From: the human T2T-CHM13v2.0 reference genome, Homo sapiens
DNA: 64,000 bases
Reading direction: 5' to 3'
Assembly: GCA_009914755.4 (NCBI GenBank)
Contig: CP068257.2
Span: 896,001-960,000, forward strand
The translations under genes were made by a program, and so were the position numbers. The notes beneath the pieces were generated by a model that did not search any database, had not been told where the DNA came from, and saw only the letters and a list, made by a program, of their open reading frames with translations. Each line of letters opens with the position of its first letter. The first letter of the stretch is position 1. Shown here one piece after another: positions 26,910-40,659 of this stretch.

Positions 26910-28883
26910 CTAAATTAACTTTGTGACATAACCCTGTACTGATCATCCAGGTGATGGGGCTTTTGTCTAGGCTCTGCCTAAGGGGGCATTGTGACATATT
27001 TCTGCATTGATCACCCAGGTGGCGAACTCTTCTCTTGGATCTGCCTATGGGGGCATTGTGACAAATCTCTGCACTGATCACCCAGGTGATGTAACTGTTG
27101 TGTAACCTCTGCCTACAAGGGAATTGTGAGAGATCTCGCCACTGATCACCCAAGTGATGTAACCATTGTCTAGGCTTTGCGTACAGGGGGCTTTGTGACA
27201 TACCTTTGCACTGATCACCCAGGTGATGTAACACATCTAAGTTCGGCCTAAAGGAGCTTTGTGACATATCTCTGCACTGATCACGTAGGTGATGTAACAC
27301 TTTTATAAGCACTGCCTACAGGGAATTTTGACAAATCTCTGCACTGATCACCTAGGTGATGTAACGCTTGTCTACCCTCTGTCCAACGGGGCATTGTGAA
27401 ATATCTCTGCACTGATCACCCAGGTGATTCAACTCTTGACTAGGATCTGCCTACAGAGGTTATTGTGAAATATCTCTGCACTGATAAACTAGGTGGTGTA
27501 ACCCTTATCCAAGCTCTGCCTACAGGGGCGTTTTCACGTATCCCTGAAGTGATGACAAAGGTGATGTAACTCTTGCCTAGGCTTTGCCTACAGGGGACAT
27601 TGGACATATATCTGCACTGATCACCCAGGTGATGCAAATCTTGCCTAGGCTTTGCCTACAGGGGACATTGTGACATATCGCTTCAATGATCACCCATGTG
27701 ATGCAACACTTGCCTAGGCTTTGCCTACAGGGGACATTGTGACATATCTCTGCACTGATCTCCCAGGTGCTGTAACTTTAGTCTAGACTCTGGCTACACG
27801 GCATTGTGACATATCACTGCACTGATCAACCAGGTGATATAACTCTTGTCTAGGCTCTGCCTACAGGGGGCTTGTGACATATCTCTACACTGGTCACCCA
27901 GGTGATATAACTCTTCTCTACGATCTGCCTACAGGGTGCTTTGTGACATATCCCTGCAATGATCACCCAGGTGATCTAACTCTGGTTTAAGCTCTGCCTA
28001 AAGGGGCATTGTGACAGATCTCTGCACTGATCACTCAGGTGATGTAACTATTGTCTAGGCTCTGCTTAAAGGGGCCTTGTCACATATCTCTGCAATGATC
28101 ACCCAGGTGATGTAACTCTTGTCTAGCCTCTGCTTCCACGGCATATTGTGACATATCTATGCACTGATCACCTTAGTGATGTAACACTTGTGTAGGCTCG
28201 GCCTACAGGGGAATATTGACATATCTCTGCACTGTTAACCGAGGTGATTTATCTCTTGTCTACGCTGTGCCCACAGGGGGATTGAGACATATCTCTGCAC
28301 TGATCCCGAGGTGATCCAACTGTTGCCTGGTCTCTGCCTACTGGGGACATTGTGACATATCTCTGCACTGATCTCCCAGGTGCTGTAACTTTAGTCTAGG
28401 CTCTGGCTGCACGGCATTGTGACATATCACTGCACTGATCACCCAGGTGATATAAATCTTTTCTAGGCTCTGCCTACAATGGCCTTGTGACATATATCTG
28501 CACTGATCACCCAGGTGATATAACTCTTCTCTAGGATCTGACCACAAGGTGCTTTGTGGCATTTCCCTGCAATGATCACCCAGGTGATATACCACTTGCC
28601 AAGGCTCTGCCTACAGGGGCATTTCAATGTATCTCTGCACTGATCACCTAGGTCTTGTAACTCTTTTCTAGGATCTGCCCACAGGGTGTTTTTTGACGTA
28701 TCCCAGCAAGGATTACCCAGGTGATGTACCGCTCATCAAGGCTCTGCCTACAGGCACATTGCGATGTATCTCTGCACTGATCACCTAGGTCATGTAACTT
28801 TTGTCTAGGCTCTGCCTACCATGGCATTGTGACATATCTCTGCACTAATCATCCAAGTGATGTAACCCTTGTCTAGGATCTGC
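26910..28883. repeat. HOR copy 15, 1974 bp
   Basis: Landmark spacing is 1974. Confidence 0.85.
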
Positions 28884-30857
28884 CTAAATTAACTTTGTGA
28901 CATAACCCTGTACTGATCATCCAGATGATGGGGCTTTTTTCTAGGCTCTGCCTAAGGGGGCATTGTGACATATTTCTGCATTGATCACCCAGGTGGCGAA
29001 CTCTTCTCTTGGATCTGCCTATGGGGGCATTGTGACAAATCTCTGCACTGATCACACAGGTGATGTAACTGTTGTGTAACCTCTGCCTACAGGGGAATTG
29101 CGAGAGATCTCGCCACTGATCAACCAAGTGATGTAACCATTGTCTAGGCTTTGCGTACAGGGGGCTTTGTGACATACCTTTGCACTGATCACCCAGGTGA
29201 TGTAACACATCTAAGTTCGGCCTAAAGGAGCTTTGTGACATATCTCTGCACTGATCACTTAGGTGATGTAACACTTTTATAAGCACTGCCTACAGGGAAT
29301 TTTGACAAATCTCTGCACTGATCACCTAGGTGATGTAACGCTTGTCTACCCTCTGTCCAACGGGGCATTGTGAAATATCTCTGCACTGATCACCCAGGTG
29401 ATTCAACTCTTGACTAGGATCTGCCTACAGAGGTTATTGTGAAATATCTCTGCACTGATAAACTAGGTGGTGTAACCCTTATCCAAGCTCTGCCTACAGG
29501 GGCGTTTTCACATATCCCTGAAGTGATGACAAAGGTGATATAACTCTTTCCTAGGCTTTGCCTACAGGGGACATTGGACATATATCTGCACTGATCACCC
29601 AGGTGATGCAACTCTTGCCTAGGCTTTTCCTACAGGGGACATTGTGACATATCGCTTCAATGATCACCCATGTGATGCAACTCTTGCCTAGGCTTTGCCT
29701 ACAGGGGACATTGTGACATATCTCTGCACTGATCTCCCAGGTGCTGTAACTTTAGTCTAGACTCTGGCTACACGGCATTGTGACATATCACTGCACTGAT
29801 CAACCAGGTGATATAACTCTTGTCTAGGCTCTGCCTACAGGGGGCTTGTGACATATCTCTGCACTGATCACCCAGCTGATATAACTCTTCTCTAGGATCT
29901 GCCTACAGGGTGCTTTGTGACATATCCCTGCAATGATCACCCAGGTGATCTAACTCTGGTTTAAGCTCTGCCTAAAGGGGCATTGTGACAGATCTCTGCA
30001 CTGATCACTCAGGTGATGTAACTATTGTCTAGGCTCTGCTTAAAGGGGCCTTGTCACATATCTCTGCAATGATCACCCAGGTGATGTAACTCCTGTCTAG
30101 CCTCTGCTTTCACGGCATATTGTGACATATCTATGCACTGATCACCTTAGTGATTTACCACTTGTGCAGGCTCGGCCTACAGGGGAATATTGACATATCT
30201 CTGCACTGTTAACCGAGGTGATTTAACTCTTGTCTAGGCTGTGCCCACAGGGGGATTGAGACATATCTCTGCACTGATCCCGAGGTGATCCAACTGTTGC
30301 CTGGTCTCTGCCTACTGGGGACATTGTGACATATCTCTGCACTGATCTCCCAGGTGCTGTAACTTTAGTCTAGGCTCTGGCTACACGGCATTGTGACATA
30401 TCACTGCACTGATGACCCAGGTGATATAAATCTTGTCTAGGCTCTGCCTACAATGGCCTTGTGACATATCTCTGCACTGATCACCCAGGTGATATAACTC
30501 TTCTCTAGGATCTGACCACAGGGTGCTTTGTGGCATTTCCCTGCAATGATCACCCAGGTGATATACCACTTGCCAACGCTCTGCCTACAGGGGCATTGCA
30601 ATGTGTCTCTGCACTGATCACCTAGGTCTTGTAACTCTTTTCTTCGATCTGCCCTCAGGGTGCTTTTTGACGTATCCCAGCAAGGATTACCCAGGTGATG
30701 TACCTCTCATCAAGGCTCTGCCTACCGACACATTGCGATGTATCTCTGCACTGATCACCTAGGTCATGTAACTTTTGTCTAGGCTCTGCCTACGATGGCA
30801 TTGTGACATATCTCTGCACTAATCATCCAAGTGATGTAACCCTTGTCTAGAATCTGT
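28884..30857. repeat. HOR copy 16, 1974 bp
   Basis: Landmark spacing is 1974. Confidence 0.85.
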
Positions 30858-32831
30858 CTAAATTAACTTTGTGACATAACCCTGTACTAATCATCCGGGT
30901 GATGGGGCTTTTGTCTAGGCTCTGCCTAAGGGGGCATTGTGACATATTTCTACATTGATCACCCAGGTGGCGAACTCTTCTCTTGGATCTGCCTATGGGG
31001 GCATTGTGACAAATCTCTGCACTGATCGCCCAGGTGATGAAACTGTTGTGTAACCTCTGCCTACAGGGGAATTGTGAGAGATCTCGCCACTGATCACCCA
31101 AGTGATGTAACCATTGTCTAGGCTTTGCGTACAGGGGGCTTTGTGACATACATTTGCACTGATCACCCAGGTGATGTAACACATCTATGTTCGGCCTAAA
31201 GGAGCTTTGTGACATATCTCTGCACTGATCACTTAGGTGATGTAACACTTTTATAAGCACTGCCTACAGGGAATTTTGACAAATCTCTGCACTGATCACC
31301 TAGGTGATGTAACGCTTGTCTACCCTCTGTCCAACGGGGCATTGTGAAATATCTCTACACTGATCACACAGGTGATTCAACTCTTGGCTAGGATCTGCCT
31401 ACAGAGGTTATTGTGAAATATCTCTGCACTGATAAACTAGGTGGTGTAACCCTTATCCAAGCTTTGCCTACAGGGGCGTTTTCACATATCCCTGAAGTGA
31501 TGACAAAGGTGATGTAACTCTTGCCTAGGCTTTGCCTACAGGAGACATTGGACATATATCTGCACTGATCACCCAGGTGATTCAACTCTTGCCTAGGCTT
31601 TGCCTACAGGAGACATTGTGACATATCGCTTCAATGATCACCCATGTGATGCAACTCTTCCCTGGGCTTTGCCTACAGGGGACATTGTGACATATCTCTG
31701 TACTGATCTCCCAGGTGCTGTAACTTTAGTCTAGACTCTGGCTACACGGCATTGTGACATATCACTGCACTCATCAACCAGGTGATATAACTCTTGTCTA
31801 GGCTCTGCCTACAGGGGGCTAGTGACATATCTCTGCACTGATCACCCAGGTGATATAACTCTTCTCTAGGATCTGCCTACAGGGTGCTTTGTGACATATC
31901 CCTGCAATGATCACCCAGGTGATCTAACTCTGGTTTAAGCTCTGCCTAAAGGGGCATTGTGACAGATCTCTGCACTGATCACTCAGGTGATGTAACTATT
32001 GTCTAGGCTCTGCTTAAAGGGGCCTTGTCACATATCTCTGCACTGATCACCCAGGTGATGTAACTCTTGTCTAGCCTCTGCTTTCACGGCATATTGTGAC
32101 ATATCTATGCACTGATCACCTTAGTGATGTAACAATTGTGTAGGCTCGGCCTACAGGGGAATATTGACATATCTCTGCACTGTTAACCGAGGTGATTTAA
32201 CTCTTGTCTAGGCTGTGCCCACAGGGGGATTGAGACATATCTCTGCACTGATCCCGAGGTGATCCAACTGTTGCCTGGTCTCTGCCTACTGGGGACATCG
32301 TGACATATCTCTGCACTGATCTCCCAGGTGCTGTAACTTTAGTCTAGGCTCTGGCTACACGGCATTGTGACATATCACTGCACTGATGACCCAGGTGATA
32401 TAAATCTTGTCTAGGCTCTGCCTACAATGGCCTTGTGACATATCTCTGCACTGATCACCCAGGTGATATAACTCTTCTCTAGGATCTGACCACAGGGTGC
32501 TTTGTGGCATTTCCCTGCAATGATCACCCAGGTGATATACCACTTGCCAAGGCTCTGCCTACAGGGGCATTGCAATGTATCTCTGCACTAATCACCTAGG
32601 TCTTGTAACTCTTTTCTTCGATCTGCCCTCAGGGTGCTTTTTGACGTATCCCAGCAAGGATTACCCAGGTGATGTACCTCTCATCAAGGCTCTGCCTACA
32701 GACACATTGCGATGTATCTCTGCACTGATCACCTAGGTCATGTAACTTTTGTCTAGGCTCTGCCTACGATGGCATTGTGACATATCTCTGCACTAATCAT
32801 CCAAGTGATGTAACCCTTGTCTAGGATCTGC
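30858..32831. repeat. HOR copy 17, 1974 bp
   Basis: Landmark spacing is 1974. Confidence 0.85.
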
Positions 32832-34805
32832 CTAAATTAACTTTGTGACATAACCCTGTACTGATCATCCGGGTGATAGGGCTTTTTTCTAGGCTCTGCC
32901 TAAGGGGGCATTGTGACATATTTCTGCATTGATCACCCAGGTGGCGAACTCTTCTCTTGGATCTGCCTATGGGGGCATTGTGACAAATCTCTGCACTGAT
33001 CACCCAGGTGATGTAACTGTTGTGTAACCTCTGCCTACAGGGGAATTGTGAAAGATCTCGCCACTGATCACCCAAGTGATGTAACCATTGTCTAGGCTTT
33101 GCGTACAGGGGGCTTTGTGACATACCTTTGCACTGATCACCCAGGTGATGTAACACATCTAAGTTCGGCCTAAAGGAGCTTTGTGACATATCTCTGCACT
33201 GATCACTTAGGTGATGTAACACTTTTTTAACCACTGCCTACAGGGAATTTTGACAAATCTCTGCACTGATCACCTAGGTGATGTAACGCTTGTCTACTCT
33301 CTGTCCAACGGGGCATTTTGAAATATCTCTGCACTGATCACCCAGGTGATTCAACTCTTGACTAGGATCTGCCTACAGAGGTTATTGTGAAATATCTCTG
33401 CACTGATAAACTAGGTGGTGTAACCCTTATCCAAGCTCTGCCTACAGACTCGTTTTCACATATCCCTAAAGTGATGACAAAGGAGATGTAACTCTTGCCT
33501 AGGCTTTCCCTACGGGGGACATTGGACATATATCTGCACTGATCACCCAGGTGATACAACTCTTGCCTAGGCTTTCCCTACAGGGGACATTGTGACATAT
33601 CGCTTCAATGATCACTCATGTGATGCAACTCTTGCCTAGGCTTTGCCTACAGGGGACATTGTGACATATCTCTGCACTGATCTCCCAGGTGCTGTAACTT
33701 TAGACTAGACTCTGGCTACACGGCATTGTGACATATCACTGCACTGATCAACCAGGTGATATAACTCTTGTCTAGGCTCTGCCTACAGGGGGCTAGTGAC
33801 ATATCTCTGCACTGATCACCCAGGTGATATAACTCTTCTCTAGGATCTGCCTACAGGGTGCTTTGTGACATATCCCTGCAATGATCACCCAGGTGATCTA
33901 ACTCTGGTTTAAGCTCTGCCTAAAGGGGCATTGTGACAGATCTCTGCACTGATCACTCAGGTGATGAAACTATTGTCTAGGCTCTGCTTAAAGGGGCCTT
34001 GTCACATATCTCTGCAATGATCACCCAGGAGAGGTAACTCTTGTCTAGCCTCTGCTTCCGCGGCATATTGTGACATATCTATGCACTGATCACCTTAGTG
34101 ATGTAACACTTGTGTAGGCTCGGCCTACAGGGGAATATTGACATATCTCTGCACTGTTAACCGAGGTGACTTAACTCTTGTCTAGGCTGTGCCCACAGGG
34201 GGATTGAGACATATCTCTGCACTGATCCCGAGGTGATCCAACTGTTGCCTGGTCTCTGCCTACTGGGGACATTGTGACATATCTCTGCACTGATCTCCCA
34301 GGTGCTGTAAATATAGTCCAGGCTCTGGCTACACGGCATTGTGACATATCACTGCACTGATCACCCAGGTGATATAAATCTTGTCTAGGCTCTGCCTACA
34401 ATGGCCTTGTGACATATCTCTGCACTGATCACCCAGGTGATATAACTCTTCTCTAGGATCTGACCACAGGGTGCTTTGTGGCATTTCCCTGCAATGATCA
34501 CCCAGGTGATATACCACTCGCCAACGCTCTGCCTACAGGGGCATTGCAATTTATCTCTGCACTGTTCACCTAGGTCTTGTAACTCTTTTCTTCGATCTGC
34601 CCACAGGGTGATTTTTGACGTATCCCAGCAAGGATTACCCAGGTGATGTACCTCTCATCAAGGCTCTGCCTACAAGCACATTGCGATGTATCTCTGCACT
34701 GATCACCTAGGTCATGTAACTTTTGTCTAGGCTCTGCCTACGATGGCATTGTGACATATCTCTGCACTAATCATCCAAGTGATGTAACACTTCTCTAGGA
34801 TCTGC
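32832..34805. repeat. HOR copy 18, 1974 bp (type A' of the 5854-bp super-repeat; carries the 3'-half variant block)
   Basis: Landmark spacing is 1974. Its pseudo-ORFs are near-identical (one residue) or identical to those of copy 21. The variant block ccaggagaggtaac / cttccgcggc / gtgacttaac / gtaaatatagtccagg lies at 34021-34330. Confidence 0.85.
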
Positions 34806-36711
34806 CTAAATTAACTTTGTGACATAACCCTGTACTGATCATCCAGGTGATGGGGCTTTTGTCTAGGCTCTGCCTAAGGGGGCATTGTGACATATTTCTG
34901 CATTGATCACCCAGGTGGCGAACTCTTCTCTTGGATCTGCCTATGGGGGCATTGTGACAAATCTCTGCACTGATCACCCAGGTGATGTAACTGTTGTGTA
35001 ACCTCTGCCTACAGGGGAATTGTGAGAGATCTCGCCACTGATCACCCAAGTGATGTAACCATTGTCTAGGCTTTGCGTACTGGGGGCTTTGTGACATACC
35101 TTTGCACTGATCACCCAGGTTATGTAACACATCTAAGTTCGGCCTAAAGGAGCTTTGTGACATATCTCTGCACTGATCACTTAGGTGATGTAACACTTTT
35201 ATAAGCACTGCCTACAGGAAATTTTGACAAATCTCTGCACTGATCACCTAGGTGATGTAACGCTTGTCTACCCTCTGTCCAACGGGGCATTGTGAAATAT
35301 CTCTGCACTGATCACCCAGGTGATTCAACTCTTGACTAGGATCTGCCTACAGAGGTTATTGTGAAATATCTCTGCACTGATAAACTAGGTGGTGTAACCC
35401 TTATCCAAGCTCTGCCTACAGGGGCGTTTTCACATATCCCTGAAGTGATGACAAAGGTGATGTAACTCTTGCCTAGGCTTTGCCTACAGGGGACATTGTG
35501 ACATATCGCTTCAATGATCACCCATTTGATGCAACTCTTGCCTAGGCTTTGCCTACAGGGGACATTGTGACATATCTCTGCACTGATCTCCCAGGTGCTG
35601 TAACTTTAGTCTAGACTCTGGCTACACGGCATTGTGACATATCACTGCACTGATCAACCAGGTGATATAACCCTTGTCTAGGCTCTGCCTACAGGGGGCT
35701 TGTGACATAGCTCTGCACTGATCACCCAGGTGATATAACTCTTCTCTAGGATCTGCCTACAGGGTGCTTTGTGACATATCCCTGCAATGATCACCCAGGT
35801 GATCTAACTCTGGTTTAAGCTCTGCCTAAAGGGGCATTGTGACAGATCTCTGCACTGATCACTCAGGTGATGTAACTATTGTCTAGGCTCTGCTTAAAGG
35901 GGCCTTGTCACATATCTCTGCAATGATCACCCAGGTGATGTAACTCTTGTCTAGCCTCTGCTTTCACGGCATATTGTGACATATCTATGCACTGATCACC
36001 TTAGTGATGTAACACTTGTGCAGGCTCGGCCTACAGGGTAATATTGACATATCCCTGCACTGTTAACCGAGGTGATTTAACTCTTGTCTAGGCTGTGCCC
36101 ACAGGGGGATTGAGACATATCTCTGCACTGATCCCGAGGTGATGCAACTGTTGCCTGGTCTCTGCCTACTGGGGACATTGTGAAATATCTCTGCACTGAT
36201 CTCCCAGGTGCTGTAACTTTAGTCTAGGCTCTGGCTACACGGCATTGTGACATATCACTGCACTGATCACCCAGGTGATATAAATCTTGTCTAGGCTCTG
36301 CCTACAATGGCCTTGTGACATATCTCTGCACTGATCACCCAGGTGATATAACTCTTCTCTAGGATCTGACCACAGGGTGCTTTGTGACATTTCCCTGCAA
36401 TGATCACTCAGGTGATATACCACTTGCCAAGGCTCTGCCTACAGGGGCATTGCAATGTATCTCTGCACTGATCACCTAGGTCTTGTAACTCTTTTCTTTG
36501 ATCTGCCCTCAGGGTGCTTTTTGACGTATCCCAGCAAGGATTACCCAGGTGATGTACCTCTCATCAAGGCTCTGCCTACAGGCACATTGCGATGTATCTC
36601 TTCACTGATCACCTAGGTCATGTAACTTTTGTCTAGGCTCTGCCTACGATTGCATTGTGACATATCTCTGCACTAATCATCCAAGTGATGTAACCCTTGT
36701 CTAGGATCTGC
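34806..36711. repeat. HOR copy 19, 1906 bp: 28-monomer variant (an M11/M12-type monomer lost; type B')
   Basis: Landmark spacing is 1906. At about 35440-35560 M10 is followed by the M12-like tatcgcttcaatgatcacccatttgat monomer with no M11. Confidence 0.85.
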
Positions 36712-38685
36712 CTAAATTAACTTTGTGACGTAACCCTGTACTGATCATCCAGGTGATGGGGCTTTTGTCCAGGCTCTGCCTAAGGGGGCATTGTGACATA
36801 TTTCTGCATTGATAACCCAGGTGGCGAACTCTTCTCTTGGATCTGCCTATGGGGGCATTGTGACAAATCTCTGCACTGATCACCCAGGTGATGTAACTGT
36901 TGTGTAACCTCTGCCTACAGGGGAATTGTGAGAGATCTCGCCACTGATCACCCAAGTGATGTAACCATTGTCTAGGCTTTGCGTACAGGGGGCTTTGTGA
37001 CATACCTTTGCACTGATCACCCAGGTGATGTAACACATCTATGTTCGACCTAAAGGAGCTTTGTGACATATCTCTGCACTGATCACTTAGGTGATGTAAC
37101 ACTTTTATAAACACTGCCTACAGGGAATTTTGACAAATCTCTGCACTGATAACCTAGGTGATGTAACGCTTGTCTACCCTCTGTCCAACGGGGCATTGTG
37201 AAATATCTCTGCACTGATCACCCAGGTGATTCAACTCTTGACTAGGATCTGCCTACAGAGGTTATTGTGAAATATCTCTGCACTGATAAACTAGGTGGTG
37301 TAACACTTATCCAAGCTCTGCCTACAGGGGCGTTTTCACATATCCCTGAAGTGATGACAAAGGTGATGTTACTCTTGCCTAGGCTTTGCCTACAGGGGAC
37401 ATTGGATATATATCTGCACTGATCACCCAGGTGATGCAACTCTTGCCTAGGCTTTTCCTACAGGGGACATTGTGACATATCGCTTCAATGATCACCCATG
37501 TGATGCAACTCTTGCCTAGGCTTTGCCTACAGGGGACATTGTGACATATCTCTGCACTGATCTCCTAGGTGCTGTAACTTTAGTCTAGACTCTGGATACA
37601 CGGCATTGTGACATATCACTGCACTGATCAACCAGGTGATATAACTCTTGTCTAGGCTCTGCCTACAGGGGGCTTGTGACATAGCTCAGCACTGATCACG
37701 CAGGTGATATAACTCTTCTCTAGGATCTGCCTACAGGGTGCTTTGTGACATATCCCTGCAATGATCACCCAGGTGATCTAACTCTGGTTTAAGCTCTGCC
37801 TAAAGGGGCATTGTGACAGATCTCTGCACTGATCACTCAGGTGATGAAACTATTGTCTAGGCTCTGCTTAAAGGGGCCTTGTCACATATCTCTGCAATGA
37901 TCACCCAGGAGAGGTAACTCTTGTCTAGCCTCTGCTTCCGCGGCATATTGTGACATATCTATGCACTGATCACCTTAGTGATGTAACACTTGTGTAGGCT
38001 CGGCCTACAGGGGAATATTGACATATCTCTGCACTGTTAACCGAGGTGACTTAACTCTTGTCTAGGCTGTGCCCACAGGGGGATTGAGACATATCTCTGC
38101 ACTGATCCCGAGGTGATCCAACTGTTGCCTGGTCTCTGCCTACTGGGGACATTGTGACATATCTCTGCACTGATCTCCCAGGTGCTGTAAATATAGTCCA
38201 GGCTCTGGCTACACGGCATTGTGACATATCACTGCACTGATCACCCAGGTGATATAAATCTTGTCTAGGCTCTGCCTACAATGGCCTTGTGACATATCTC
38301 TGCACTGATCACCCAGGTGATATAACTCTTCTCTAGGATCTGACCACAGGGTGCTTTGTGGCATTTCCCTGCAATGATCACCCAGGTGATATACCACTCG
38401 CCAAGGCTCTGCCTACAGGGGCATTGCAATTTATCTCTGCACTGTTCACCTAGGTCTTGTAACTCTTTTCTTCGATCTGCCCACAGGGTGATTTTTGACG
38501 TATCCCAGCAAGGATTACCCAGGTGATGTACCTCTCATCAAGGCTCTGCCTACAAGCACATTGCGATGTATCTCTGCACTGATCACCTAGGTCATGTAAC
38601 TTTTGTCTAGGCTCTGCCTACGATGGCATTGTGACATATCTCTGCACTAATCATCCAAGTGATGTAACACTTGTCTAGGATCTTC
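36712..38685. repeat. HOR copy 20, 1974 bp (type C', mosaic: C' 5' half plus the 3'-half variant block)
   Basis: Landmark spacing is 1974. The 3' block at 37901-38210 is identical to that in copies 18 and 21. Confidence 0.85.
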
Positions 38686-40659
38686 CTAAATTAACTTTGT
38701 GACATAACCCTGTACTGATCATCCGGGTGATGGGGCTTTTGTCTAGGCTCTGCCTAAGGGGGCATTGTGACATATTTCTGCATTGATCACCCAGGTGGCG
38801 AACTCTTCTCTTGGATCTGCCTATGGGGGCATTGTGACAAATCTCTGCACTGATCACCCAGGTGATGTAACTGTTGTGTAACCTCTGCCTACAGGGGAAT
38901 TGTGAAAGATCTCGCCACTGATCACCCAAGTGATGTAACCATTGTCTAGGCTTTGCGTACAGGGGGCTTTGTGACATACCTTTGCACTGATCACCCAGGT
39001 GATGTAACACATCTAAGTTCGGCCTAAAGGAGCTTTGTGACATATCTCTGCACTGATCACTTAGGTGATGTAACACTTTTTTAACCACTGCCTACAGGGA
39101 ATTTTGACAAATCTCTGCACTGATCACCTAGGTGATGTAACGCTTGTCTACTCTCTGTCCAACGGGGCATTTTGAAATATCTCTGCACTGATCACCCAGG
39201 TGATTCAACTCTTGACTAGGATCTGCCTACAGAGGTTATTGTGAAATATCTCTGCACTGATAAACTAGGTGGTGTAACCCTTATCCAAGCTCTGCCTACA
39301 GACTCGTTTTCACATATCCCTAAAGTGATGACAAAGGAGATGTAACTCTTGCCTAGGCTTTCCCTACGGGGGACATTGGACATATATCTGCACTGATCAC
39401 CCAGGTGATACAACTCTTGCCTAGGCTTTCCCTACAGGGGACATTGTGACATATCGCTTCAATGATCACTCATGTGATGCAACTCTTGCCTAGGCTTTGC
39501 CTACAGGGGACATTGTGACATATCTCTGCACTGATCTCCCAGGTGCTGTAACTTTAGACTAGACTCTGGCTACACGGCATTGTGACATATCACTGCACTG
39601 ATCAACCAGGTGATATAACTCTTGTCTAGGCTCTGCCTACAGGGGGCTAGTGACATATCTCTGCACTGATCACCCAGGTGATATAACTCTTCTCTAGGAT
39701 CTGCCTACAGGGTGCTTTGTGACATATCCCTGCAATGATCACCCAGGTGATCTAACTCTGGTTTAAGCTCTGCCTAAAGGGGCATTGTGACAGATCTCTG
39801 CACTGATCACTCAGGTGATGAAACTATTGTCTAGGCTCTGCTTAAAGGGGCCTTGTCACATATCTCTGCAATGATCACCCAGGAGAGGTAACTCTTGTCT
39901 AGCCTCTGCTTCCGCGGCATATTGTGACATATCTATGCACTGATCACCTTAGTGATGTAACACTTGTGTAGGCTCGGCCTACAGGGGAATATTGACATAT
40001 CTCTGCACTGTTAACCGAGGTGACTTAACTCTTGTCTAGGCTGTGCCCACAGGGGGATTGAGACATATCTCTGCACTGATCCCGAGGTGATCCAACTGTT
40101 GCCTGGTCTCTGCCTACTGGGGACATTGTGACATATCTCTGCACTGATCTCCCAGGTGCTGTAAATATAGTCCAGGCTCTGGCTACACGGCATTGTGACA
40201 TATCACTGCACTGATCACCCAGGTGATATAAATCTTGTCTAGGCTCTGCCTACAATGGCCTTGTGACATATCTCTGCACTGATCACCCAGGTGATATAAC
40301 TCTTCTCTAGGATCTGACCACAGGGTGCTTTGTGGCATTTCCCTGCAATGATCACCCAGGTGATATACCACTCGCCAAGGCTCTGCCTACAGGGGCATTG
40401 CAATTTATCTCTGCACTGTTCACCTAGGTCTTGTAACTCTTTTCTTCGATCTGCCCACAGGGTGATTTTTGACGTATCCCAGCAAGGATTACCCAGGTGA
40501 TGTACCTCTCATCAAGGCTCTGCCTACAAGCACATTGCGATGTATCTCTGCACTGATCACCTAGGTCATGTAACTTTTGTCTAGGCTCTGCCTACGATGG
40601 CATTGTGACATATCTCTGCACTAATCATCCAAGTGATGTAACACTTGTCTAGGATCTGC
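38686..40659. repeat. HOR copy 21, 1974 bp (type A', counterpart of copy 18)
   Basis: Landmark spacing is 1974. Pseudo-ORFs at 38675, 39216, 40011 and 40183 match those at 32821 (one residue differs), 33362, 34157 and 34329 (identical). Confidence 0.85.
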
